Positions 28,109 through 36,892 of a DNA stretch of 42,466 nucleotides are shown piece after piece. The notes beneath the pieces are model-generated. The model searched no databases. It worked only from the letters and a program-made list of their open reading frames with translations, and was not told the origin of the DNA. The stretch covers positions 1-42,466 of the forward strand of contig JAEOTM010000146.1 of NCBI GenBank assembly GCA_016839815.1, read 5' to 3'. The translations under genes and the position numbers were made by a program. Position 1 is the first letter of the stretch, and each line of letters begins with the position of its first letter. Source of the stretch: Candidatus Hodarchaeota archaeon. GTDB lineage: Archaea; Asgardarchaeota; Heimdallarchaeia; Hodarchaeales; Hodarchaeaceae.

Positions 28109-29161
28109 CTATTCCTCAAGTAGTTTGGAGACAGGCATTTCATGAATGAAATGCTGGCCTAGTTTTATCAATACCTCTGCAATATGTTTTTCCCAGAGAC
28201 CAGCCCGAATAATTAGATGACTACCAAGGAAAAAGTCAATTGGTAAACGAGAATAAATCTGGGAGATATCATATGTCTGTTTATAAGTGGTTAATATTAA
28301 TGGCACCCAAGAGCGAGTGATGGAAGAACTCAGGATATTTATGTCAATACCTATAGAAATATTCTTTGCTACTTCTTCTTGGACTACATGACTAAGGATG
28401 TACCCTATATCATCCATTCTATCTAGCTTAGGTAACATTATCGAATCTATCCAAGCAATACTAGCAGGTGAAACTAGAATATTACTCATATGGCTGTCGC
28501 CATGTATAAATTCCACTCCTCCTTTTGATTGTTCTAGCACAGTAATCCAATAATCTAAATACCGTTCATCAATGTACTGTTTTAGTAATTTAAAAAGAGG
28601 ATTATACAGTTGTACACTAGTTTGAATTTGTTCTGATCCATGTAGTCTCGCCAGCGCGTATCCGGCGTACCCCCACCGATCATTTGGTTCCAAAGTATGT
28701 TGGAGTAATGGATTGAATCCACTCAAAAATTCCAGAATTAGAGCTTTCACCTCTGGAATGACTTGAATGACTTGAGGCGAGAATACATGGTCAGGATATC
28801 GGCGAATTCGTGATGGTAGGTCATGATTCTCTTTCCACCGGTCCCAATCACGTTGACGTATGGTTAAATGTCTTGCTAATCTTTCTGCATTACTAACTTC
28901 AGCATCTAAATCATTAGCAAATTTTAACACAATTCCTCCATCGATTTCTCCTGCTAATGATGTGGATAATGCCGCTTCAATGACATAAGTTTTTCCTCCA
29001 GCCCCAGAAAAACAACGAATCTGTTTAAGTCGGGTATCCGATATTAAACCCGTTACAACTCTCACATTTGCAGTAATTTTATCACTAGATTGAAGAATGA
29101 TTGTACGAACACGATCATGTATTTTTTGCTGCTTTTCGGATGATTCATCTATATTGGACAT
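28109..29161 (-). CDS. Protein-kinase-like phosphotransferase (APH/choline-kinase superfamily)
   Basis: Gly loop SGAGG, VLKF, helix-C Glu, LILEF, LARLH, Brenner-type HGDSHMSN, WID. Confidence 0.8.
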   Translation of the reverse strand: MSNIDESSEKQQKIHDRVRTIILQSSDKITANVRVVTGLISDTRLKQIRCFSGAGGKTYVIEAALSTSLAGEIDGGIVLKFANDLDAEVSNAERLARHLTIRQRDWDRWKENHDLPSRIRRYPDHVFSPQVIQVIPEVKALILEFLSGFNPLLQHTLEPNDRWGYAGYALARLHGSEQIQTSVQLYNPLFKLLKQYIDERYLDYWITVLEQSKGGVEFIHGDSHMSNILVSPASIAWIDSIMLPKLDRMDDIGYILSHVVQEEVAKNISIGIDINILSSSITRSWVPLILTTYKQTYDISQIYSRLPIDFFLGSHLIIRAGLWEKHIAEVLIKLGQHFIHEMPVSKLLEE

Positions 29162-29173
29162 AGTATACCCCTC

Positions 29174-30556
29174 TTAATACAGATATTTCTGCAATATACG
29201 GCCTCTTTCGACTAATGCATACATCCCATCTACAGAATCCTCCGCTGTACGAAATACTGGGATTCCATAGCTTTCAAATTCAGCATTTACGGTTGGATCA
29301 GGAAGATTATACACTAATATTGGTTTTTCTGGAAACTCGCGCTTAAGGAGAGCTATTCGCGCAGGGGCATCTTTTGATACAACGGGTGCATCACTTCTAG
29401 GAACAACAATTAATCCTGATACATTTTTCTCCTTCAAAAATATCCTAGATATTCCAGTAATGACTTCTGTAGTCGCTGAGCCTGTTAAATCCATAAATGC
29501 AAGTGGATCATTATTTTTATCTCTTGAGATAGCGGTTTGAACATCGTGCTTTTCTATCACTACCTCTGTTTCTCTCCAAACTCGTTCTGGTAATTTTGCT
29601 AGTTCAAGTTTATACCTATTCATTCGATACAGAGCCATCGCAGCTGGGCCTCCTGTATTAGTAACAAGTGCTATACTATTACCAAATGCAGGAGGTTGTG
29701 TATAGAGGGCTTTAATCGAATTAATAAATTGAGATGTGCTATCGCATTGAATAATTCCTGATTGTCGTAATATTTCCTTGTAAATACCCATTGTGCTAGC
29801 TACCGCACCTGTATGTCCTCTAGCTGCCATAGAAACATTTTCTGTTGAAGGAAGCTTAAGAACGACAATAGCTTTTTTACGAGCTACAGATTTTGAAACT
29901 TTAATGAACTTACGCCCTGCTTTTACTCCTTCTATATATGCTCCAATTACTTTCGTGTCTGGATCTTGACCAAAATATTCCATGAAGTCAGTTTCATTCA
30001 AATCTGCAGCGTTTCCATAGGAAACAAAACGTTTGAGCCCAATTTTATTTTGTTGTAGAGCCAGAAGTAGATCGATAGCTAGGGATCCCGATTGAGATAT
30101 TAATGAGACATTCCCTTTTTCTGGAAGTTCAAAATTAGGAAACAAAGTGTTTACCTGGGAATGAGTATCAACAATACCAAGACAATTTGGTCCAATTAGG
30201 CGCGAATCTCCTAAAGCATTTACTAATTCTTCTTGTAAATCGTCTCTTCCGACTTCAGAGAAACCTGCAGTAATACACACAATGGCTGGTATTCCTCTTT
30301 TTGAAGCATCCGCAACAGCTTGAATAGCTAATTTTGTTGGTAATACAACCACAGCCAAGTCAGGTACCTCTGGTAAATCGAATACACTTTTGTAACATTT
30401 TATTCCCATGATTTCTTTTACACGGGGGTTTATTGGAAAGACTCTTTTAAAATAAGGAACTACGAAGTGATTAAAGATTAAGCGGCCATACTTTTTTTCA
30501 TCAGAAGAGGCACCTAGAATGGCAACAGATCGTGGTTCAAAGAAAAAATCAAGCAT
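29174..30556 (-). CDS. acdA: Acetate/acyl-CoA ligase (ADP-forming), alpha subunit
   Basis: P.SVAILGAS, PINP, TAGFSE, IGPNCLG, SQSG, GN.ADL.E, YIEG, GHTG phospho-His, TNTGGP. Start uncertain (30556, 30568 or 30601). Confidence 0.9.
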   Translation of the reverse strand: MLDFFFEPRSVAILGASSDEKKYGRLIFNHFVVPYFKRVFPINPRVKEIMGIKCYKSVFDLPEVPDLAVVVLPTKLAIQAVADASKRGIPAIVCITAGFSEVGRDDLQEELVNALGDSRLIGPNCLGIVDTHSQVNTLFPNFELPEKGNVSLISQSGSLAIDLLLALQQNKIGLKRFVSYGNAADLNETDFMEYFGQDPDTKVIGAYIEGVKAGRKFIKVSKSVARKKAIVVLKLPSTENVSMAARGHTGAVASTMGIYKEILRQSGIIQCDSTSQFINSIKALYTQPPAFGNSIALVTNTGGPAAMALYRMNRYKLELAKLPERVWRETEVVIEKHDVQTAISRDKNNDPLAFMDLTGSATTEVITGISRIFLKEKNVSGLIVVPRSDAPVVSKDAPARIALLKREFPEKPILVYNLPDPTVNAEFESYGIPVFRTAEDSVDGMYALVERGRILQKYLY

Positions 30557-30653
30557 TACGAGTTTCATCCAACTTATATACCGAAATTCATTTCTCAACA
30601 ATCATAGGAGAAGGAGAAATTATTTTCTTTCCACTCTATTAAATTACCTCTTA

Positions 30654-31505
30654 TTAAATAAAATTCTTGTTTCGCGGTTTTTGGCAAAATCGACAAAAAT
30701 TTGTCACCTTTCGATTTGCTTTAATTGAGGAAATAACTTTTCCACATTTTTGACAAGATTCTCCACCTTTAAGATGGACTTTAAACAATTCTTTTCTCCA
30801 GAACCGCTGATTATCCAGTTTATCTGTTGTATTCAGCCAATTAGTGATTTTGAATTCAGCATGATCGAAAAGGTTCTTACACGTTAGAAAGAGTTTTTCA
30901 ATTTCTTTTGAGTCTAAATGTGTGATGTTTGTAAAAGGATGAATTTTTGCTTCAAATAGAATTTCGTCGGCATAAGCATTCCCTATCCCTGACACTAATT
31001 CTTTCTTGGTTAAAACTTCTTTGATCTCTCCTTTAAACTTTTTAATTCTTGACTTAAATTCATTTAGGGATATCGATAGAACATCAGGACCGAATTTTCT
31101 ATTCATAATAGCGGAAGGCATTTTTTCAATTTCTTTGTCAGAAAACAACCAAATAGAGCCTTGTAAACGTCTGTCATGAAAAATTAATGATGATTCTGAT
31201 TGGAAAACTAATTTTAGAACCGTTTTTGCATGTAGTTTCTTATCTCCCCACGCGAATCGACTTGTTATCCCAAATCCAATGTACAAAATCAGAGGGAGAT
31301 GTTCTTTTTCCAATTCTACTAGTAAGAATTTTCCTTTTCTAAACATCTTTTTAAATTTTGAACCCAGGAGTAATGTTTTAAATTCATTTAATTGAGGTTT
31401 TCTGACTACTGTGTGAAAATATGTTTCGACTTCGGTGATAATTTCCCCAGATAACTTCTTAGTTAAGTATTTGCTTATGGCTTCAAGCTCCGGTAATTCT
31501 GGCAT
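30654..31505 (-). CDS. mutM: Fpg/Nei-family DNA glycosylase/AP lyase
   Basis: N-terminal PELPE, RKGK, H2TH SGIGNAYADEILF.A.IHP, C4 zinc finger CQKC...FCRFCQ; GGAGGT RBS. Confidence 0.9.
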   Translation of the reverse strand: MPELPELEAISKYLTKKLSGEIITEVETYFHTVVRKPQLNEFKTLLLGSKFKKMFRKGKFLLVELEKEHLPLILYIGFGITSRFAWGDKKLHAKTVLKLVFQSESSLIFHDRRLQGSIWLFSDKEIEKMPSAIMNRKFGPDVLSISLNEFKSRIKKFKGEIKEVLTKKELVSGIGNAYADEILFEAKIHPFTNITHLDSKEIEKLFLTCKNLFDHAEFKITNWLNTTDKLDNQRFWRKELFKVHLKGGESCQKCGKVISSIKANRKVTNFCRFCQKPRNKNFI

Positions 31506-31627
31506 AATCTACCTCCATTAATACTTTGACAGTTCTAAGTAATTAGGGTGAAAAGACTCTTTAATGAGTCTCCATGAGATTAATACTCACTGTAATCTGA
31601 AATAAGGATATATAAGGATTAATTTAA

Positions 31628-32305
31628 ATGGTTACTGACAGGATTTCGTTTGAAAAGATTAAATCAAGAGATACACAATACATAAGAGATTCATTATTAA
31701 ATCTCCCTAAATGGTTTTTAGGAATCTGGATTGCTATAAATTTAATCATCCCTTTCTATGGAGCTCTCCTTTATTATTGGCAGTATGCATATTACCATCC
31801 AATATTCTGGATTTTTATTCCAGATTCCAGCACGTTTGCAATCCTGTTTGGAATCTTCCTTATAGTTACTTTTTGGTTTAAGAAAAACATTCAAGTATTA
31901 AATCTAATCACTTTTATTGGTTTAATTAGGGTTTTTTTTGGGTATATTGTTGTTTTTACAGTACAGCCATCATTTTTCGATATTGTTTCACTAGCTGCTC
32001 ATACTTTCGAATTATGTGAAGGACTCGTAGTCTTACTCTTTATTAAGACAGATTTAAAACATTATAGTGCTGCAGCGAGTATTTCTTTGATGGATTGGTT
32101 TTTTGACTTTCTAAATCCTTTCGACTTACCCACATTAGTTTTATATCCGTTTGATGCTGATATAAATCCAAATAATACTGCCCCCTTCATTCATATTTTT
32201 GCAGTAGTGTTTATAACAGTAATTATTGGATGTTTGATTCTTATACGGAGAAAATATTGGCTTGCAGATGAGAAGAATATAGCTTGGATCAATAATCTAG
32301 AGTAA
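31628..32305 (+). CDS. DUF1405-like polytopic membrane protein
   Basis: N..G..YY..Q....P...W.FIPDS motif, later H and D conserved-looking residues, ~6 TMs. Confidence 0.65.
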   Translation: MVTDRISFEKIKSRDTQYIRDSLLNLPKWFLGIWIAINLIIPFYGALLYYWQYAYYHPIFWIFIPDSSTFAILFGIFLIVTFWFKKNIQVLNLITFIGLIRVFFGYIVVFTVQPSFFDIVSLAAHTFELCEGLVVLLFIKTDLKHYSAAASISLMDWFFDFLNPFDLPTLVLYPFDADINPNNTAPFIHIFAVVFITVIIGCLILIRRKYWLADEKNIAWINNLE

Positions 32306-32325
32306 ACTCTAGAGATGTAGTATAC

Positions 32326-33054
32326 TTAGAGTGAACTTACGATCCTACTTTTTAACCGAATGATCTCTTTAAGCGCCTTCTCTCGATTTTTCTTCAAAAC
32401 AATAATAATTACTACATATTTTCGGAAACGATCCACAAAAACCATGAATTCCCTGCCTAATGAGAATTGTAGCTGCTCAATTTCTTGACCTATTAAAATA
32501 CTGGATTCTATTATCACTTTACACATTTGGGCAAGGGAATTAGCATGGGGATGAATATCAGGAATTGAGATTGTTGTGAAAACCTGGTGAAAATTTGGTT
32601 TTTCCAAGAGGATATAGTCAGAGAAAAACGAGTCATCCATTATATCAATAATTTTACTCAGACCGACAACATCAATCGAAATTAAGGAATTATATTCGTT
32701 TTTTAAAAAATCGTTGAAATCTACGAATTGATGGTCATCAAAGGATAGTTCCTGTAATTCATCCTTGAAAGTGGCTTCAAATCGTCTTATAGTCGTATTA
32801 GCAAAGTTCATTTCCTTTAAATCATGTTCATGGGAGAAGAATATACCATAAGTGTACTCTCCTTCAATGATATGTACAATATACTTTCCCTGGTCAATTG
32901 TTTTAATACCTGTATCATCAGTTTCTTTAACTGCATTGAGAACCGCACTCATTAAGCCTGCACGTAAATCTTCGTCAACATCAGAAAAACCAGGCATAAA
33001 GGAATGAGAAAAAAGTAAAAGCCCATTCTTTGTTGTGATATTGACGCCTATCAA
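32326..33054 (-). CDS. Longin-like domain + roadblock-like domain protein (Asgard type)
   Basis: I..KNGLLLF....D.DL.AGL.SAV....KE....I..I pattern and F..E...RFE..F helix; second ~110-aa helix-strand domain ending in strands plus a helix. Confidence 0.7.
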   Translation of the reverse strand: MIGVNITTKNGLLLFSHSFMPGFSDVDEDLRAGLMSAVLNAVKETDDTGIKTIDQGKYIVHIIEGEYTYGIFFSHEHDLKEMNFANTTIRRFEATFKDELQELSFDDHQFVDFNDFLKNEYNSLISIDVVGLSKIIDIMDDSFFSDYILLEKPNFHQVFTTISIPDIHPHANSLAQMCKVIIESSILIGQEIEQLQFSLGREFMVFVDRFRKYVVIIIVLKKNREKALKEIIRLKSRIVSSL

Positions 33055-33302
33055 CTCTATTACCTAGATTCTGTTCTACTCAAAAATTGATGAGAAACTA
33101 TCTCTAAATCTTTATGTACGTTGAGTAGATCTTTTGGATAAGTATTCTTTATTGCTACTTCTGTGGCTGGAATGAAAACGGTATATTGGATATGGGTAAT
33201 CGGGACACTAAAATAATTTTAGGAACAGATTAATAATTTACCAAAGTTTTCTTGCTGGATATATGATGAATTTATACATTTAACGATTCAGTTTAATTGA
33301 GG

Positions 33303-34538
33303 ATGACTGTGTTAATAATTGATCCTAGTATTTCTGGTGCGGCAGGTGATATGTTGATTGCCGCGTTATTAGATTTGCACTCTGAAGAGCAACGTAGCTC
33401 CTTTTGTAATATGTTTCAATCGAAGTTGATTGAATATGATCCTCAATTTCAACTGAGATGGGAGAAAATTACCATTGACGGTTTTTCAGGTATTCAACTT
33501 ATCACAGAGGCAAAAAAACGTTTTCCTCCCCATGTATTAGAATCACATCTGAATGCTTTAGGTCAATCGTTACTTAAGAATGAGCGATTTATTCGCAAAA
33601 CAAAAACAGCTCTTAACTATTTATTCGAGGCCGAGAAATCTATACACGGAATTAAAAGTGATAATTTCCATTTTCACGAATTAGCCACAATTGACACGAT
33701 CTTAGATATTGTGGGAGTCTTCTACCTTCTCGAATCTCTCCAACTTGAGGAATCCAAGTTATTTTTATTACCTATAGCAGTAGGGGGAGGTCAAAAAAGA
33801 ATTTCTCATGGTTTAGTTTCCATTCCAGCCCCAGCTACTACAAAAATCATTGAAATGGGTAATTTAAAGATTCAAGGAGGGCCTGTAGGGGGAGAATTAT
33901 TAACCCCTAGTGGTGCTGCGATTTTAGCATCCTTAGAGGCAATACCTATTCAATTTTTACCAGAGATGCATTTTGATAAAACAGGTAGAAGCTTCGGAAC
34001 TTTTTCTCCTAAAGAAGGAAAACAAGCGTTCCTGCAAGTAATTCTTGGAAAAACCCAAACGCACTTACATTCAGAGAGAATAATGACTCTAGAAACTAAT
34101 GTTGATGATGTAGATGGTGAAACTATCGGTTACTTGTTCGATATTCTATACCGTGAGAATCTAGTCTTGGATTTCATTGTAATTCATACCCTAATGAAGA
34201 AGAACAGACCGGGATATCTTCTTCAAGCCATAGTTGAACCAGATAAAGTACAGGAAGTATCCCTATTACTAATACGGGAATTAGGAACTCTAGGAGTTCG
34301 GGTGTTATCAGGTTATAGGCATATTATTCCCAGAAATTATACTACTCACAAAATTAAAATCAATCAGGGAGAGGATAGTGTTACTGTAAAACGAGGTTAT
34401 ATTGGCGAGGAAATGGTTACTGAAAAAGTGGAGTACGAGGATTTAAAACGAGTAGCGATTGCGAAAAAACAATCTCTCAGGAAAATCCGAAAAAATATTA
34501 CTATGAACATAGATAACGAGGAGAAGACCAATGAATGA
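33303..34538 (+). CDS. larC: Nickel-pincer cofactor Ni-insertion protein LarC
   Basis: DP..SG.AGDM..AAL.D, AE..IHG....HFHE....D...D, HG....PAPAT, EL.TP.GAA, LETNVDD, MKK.RPG, GTLGVR, EYED. Confidence 0.93.
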   Translation: MTVLIIDPSISGAAGDMLIAALLDLHSEEQRSSFCNMFQSKLIEYDPQFQLRWEKITIDGFSGIQLITEAKKRFPPHVLESHLNALGQSLLKNERFIRKTKTALNYLFEAEKSIHGIKSDNFHFHELATIDTILDIVGVFYLLESLQLEESKLFLLPIAVGGGQKRISHGLVSIPAPATTKIIEMGNLKIQGGPVGGELLTPSGAAILASLEAIPIQFLPEMHFDKTGRSFGTFSPKEGKQAFLQVILGKTQTHLHSERIMTLETNVDDVDGETIGYLFDILYRENLVLDFIVIHTLMKKNRPGYLLQAIVEPDKVQEVSLLLIRELGTLGVRVLSGYRHIIPRNYTTHKIKINQGEDSVTVKRGYIGEEMVTEKVEYEDLKRVAIAKKQSLRKIRKNITMNIDNEEKTNE

Positions 34539-35307
34539 TTTAGAGGAAATTTTAACAAAATTACAAGATGGAAAACTCAATGTTGAGGAAGCTATTAAAT
34601 TAATCAATCTTTTTGGTCTTGATTTTATAGCAGAGGGCGCAAAAGTGGATACTAGTCGTCATTTAAGACGTGGAATACCAGAAATTATTTTTGTTGAAAA
34701 AAAACGCCCCCCACTTGTCGTAGATATCGTTTCTTCTATTATGGAATCTCACCAAGTATGTTTACTCTCCCGAGTAATGGAAAAACACTTGACTCTTCTG
34801 AAAAGTGAATTAGACTCTACTTATACACTTGATATGTCATCTGAATCAGAACCCTATACTGTAACTGTTAAACGTAGTGATTACTCTCCACCCAATCCTA
34901 CACAAAATATTGGTATACTAACTGCTGGTTCCTCAGATATTCCAATTGCAGAAGAAGCAGAAGCAATTGCTCGTATTATGGGAGTTGGAGTTCTATCCTT
35001 TCATGACGTTGGAATTGCAGGAGTACATAGGTTATTCAGCCCATTAAAAGAACTTATAAATCAAAATGTAAAAGCTATTATTGTTATAGCAGGCATGGAA
35101 GGAGCTCTCCCCGCTATTGTCTCGAGTTTGGTTAGAGTTCCTGTAATTGGAGTTCCCGCTTCTACAGGCTATGGTTACGGGGGAGAAGGAAAAGCTGCAT
35201 TAATGTCCATGCTTCAAAGTTGCTCTCCTGGATTAGTTGTCGTGAATATTGATAATGGAATTAATGCAGGAGCAACAGCCGCGTTGATTGCTAAACAAAG
35301 TAAATAA
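34531..35307 (+). CDS. larB: Nickel-pincer cofactor NaAD carboxylase/hydrolase LarB
   Basis: D..R..R.G.PE.I, TAG.SD...AEEA, DVG.AG.HRL, AGMEGALP, PVIGVP.S.GYG, L.SC.PG..VVNIDNG; 8-nt overlap with larC. Confidence 0.95.
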   Translation: MNDLEEILTKLQDGKLNVEEAIKLINLFGLDFIAEGAKVDTSRHLRRGIPEIIFVEKKRPPLVVDIVSSIMESHQVCLLSRVMEKHLTLLKSELDSTYTLDMSSESEPYTVTVKRSDYSPPNPTQNIGILTAGSSDIPIAEEAEAIARIMGVGVLSFHDVGIAGVHRLFSPLKELINQNVKAIIVIAGMEGALPAIVSSLVRVPVIGVPASTGYGYGGEGKAALMSMLQSCSPGLVVVNIDNGINAGATAALIAKQSK

Positions 35308-35377
35308 ATATGGTATATTCGAGAAACACATAATCATAATTCATTGGATATTCGAGTTTGAGTGAGGCTTTAGATAA

Positions 35378-36052
35378 ATGTCAGAAGAAAAATCAAAATC
35401 GGATCAGACAGACGATAAGAAAGACGAAGATGTGGTGAAGAACGAGGAAGATGAAAAATCCTCACCTCCAGCTGAAGATAAACCACCTAAGAAGAAGTAT
35501 GTCTTCAATTGTACCAAATGTGGGCAATGCTGTGAGAAACGAGAGTATGTTCCTGTTTCATTTGATGATATTCGGAAGTGGACTCAATCAGGAGTTATCA
35601 ATTCCGTTTTTCCTAATTTAAAAATGCAAACTTTCCCAACCCAGATTCAGGGAGAAGTTAGAGAAGTTGTTTCGATTGTCATTTCAGCCTTGGATAAAGG
35701 AGGATGTCCTTTATTTGATCAAGAAAACAAGCTCTGTAATATCTATCATTCGATGCCTCTGGAGTGCCTCGCTTTTCCCCTTGGGTATAATGGAACTCAA
35801 TATTACGTAAAAGATAAAACTGTTCCAGGTCTGGGGAATGGAACAATGACAAAAGAACAACTCATTATAGATCGCGATAATGCAAGAAAAGATTTTGAAG
35901 CACGAGTAGACACACAAACTCTTCTCCCATTTACTTACACTCTTTTCATGCAAAATTTAATAGAACAACAACAGAAAATTCGCGAAGAAATGCCAGAAGA
36001 AAAACGAAAACAGCTAGATGACCTATTAAATACTGATAAACCAAAAGAATAG
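35378..36052 (+). CDS. YkgJ/FliB-family CxxCxxCC cysteine-cluster (Zn or Fe-S) protein
   Basis: F.CTKCGQCC, CPLF.....C.IY...P..C..FP; acidic low-complexity N-terminus. Confidence 0.88.
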   Translation: MSEEKSKSDQTDDKKDEDVVKNEEDEKSSPPAEDKPPKKKYVFNCTKCGQCCEKREYVPVSFDDIRKWTQSGVINSVFPNLKMQTFPTQIQGEVREVVSIVISALDKGGCPLFDQENKLCNIYHSMPLECLAFPLGYNGTQYYVKDKTVPGLGNGTMTKEQLIIDRDNARKDFEARVDTQTLLPFTYTLFMQNLIEQQQKIREEMPEEKRKQLDDLLNTDKPKE

Positions 36053-36061
36053 ATAGTTTCA

Positions 36062-36781
36062 TTACTGTGAGGGAGAATAATTACATTTCGAACAGATCCA
36101 CTTAGCAAAGGGCAAAATTAAATCATCTCTACCTTCCTGTTCCATTTTTTCTGAATAAGGTAATAAATGTCCCTTCCTACATTCAGGACAAGGAGGAGTG
36201 GTTATAACGCTGGTATTCTGGGGAATATAACTCTCCAAAGAAACTACATCCGCGCCACGAGGTTTAGGAGTTACTTTTTGGGTTTTTGTAGATGCTTTCT
36301 GACTAGTAGTTCTAGTCGAAGGCTTTTTTGCAGGTGTTTTACGAGTAGAAGGTTTGCGTGTTGTTTTTGAGGTAGATGTCTTTTTTGGTGTAGATTTGGT
36401 TTTTTTTGTACTTTTTTTCTTTGATCTTGTTGGTTTGGTTTTTTTGGCTGTTTTGCTCTCTTTGCCACCATCAGCTAGTTCTGGAACCAATCCATTTTTT
36501 GGAATGGATTCAATGCACTCTAAGAATTCTCGTGCCTCTTCACCTTGATCTACTGTTTGTACACGATAAGTTAACCCATAAATTCTACGGATCTCTGTCG
36601 CAGCAGTAGAAGCAATAAACCGAGTCTTAACAGCGGCTCCTTTTCCAATCCAAATCCAGATTTTCTTTTTTTCAACACCCACAAGAATAAAAACTGCTTC
36701 TGCTTTGAGTTCTTTTGGGGAAAAAGCCACTGGATCCCAATGTCCGTCAGGTGTTACGGAATATGCAACGAGTCGCGTCAA
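36062..36781 (-). CDS. Gelsolin-like domain + Lys/Thr/Ser-rich linker + C4 zinc ribbon
   Basis: L...AVFILV.....IWIWIGK.A....RF.A...A..I......V..VDQGEE..EF gelsolin-repeat pattern; aa 109-175 basic; CPEC...WICSKC. Confidence 0.8.
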   Translation of the reverse strand: MTRLVAYSVTPDGHWDPVAFSPKELKAEAVFILVGVEKKKIWIWIGKGAAVKTRFIASTAATEIRRIYGLTYRVQTVDQGEEAREFLECIESIPKNGLVPELADGGKESKTAKKTKPTRSKKKSTKKTKSTPKKTSTSKTTRKPSTRKTPAKKPSTRTTSQKASTKTQKVTPKPRGADVVSLESYIPQNTSVITTPPCPECRKGHLLPYSEKMEQEGRDDLILPFAKWICSKCNYSPSQ

Positions 36782-36826
36782 TTATTCATCTACTGCCTTT
36801 TCACATAATATAGGAGAATTTCCCAG

Positions 36827-36842
36827 TATATAATGCAAAAAA
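36827..36842 (-). promoter_or_regulatory. Candidate T6 terminator of the upstream gene followed by TTATATA TATA box for the gelsolin gene
   Basis: Minus strand reads ...TTCTTTTTTGCATTATATAC..., ~45 nt upstream of the 36781 start. Confidence 0.35.
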
Positions 36843-36892
36843 GAAGGGGGGGTTAAAGTTTTCCCATCAGATTCTTTGAAGTTATCAAACTC

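Noticed and set aside
28109-29161. Methylthioribose kinase (MtnK), given nearby mtnA
   Set aside because: Catalytic loop is HGDSHMSN/WID rather than MtnK-type HGDLHxGS/DPE, and an opposite-strand gene separates it from mtnA.
33303-34538. Programmed frameshift in larC
   Set aside because: The ORF is continuous through both domains.
36167-36609. Four short overlapping ORFs across the gelsolin gene
   Set aside because: By-products of the low-complexity Lys/Thr codon tract, which lacks stops in other frames.
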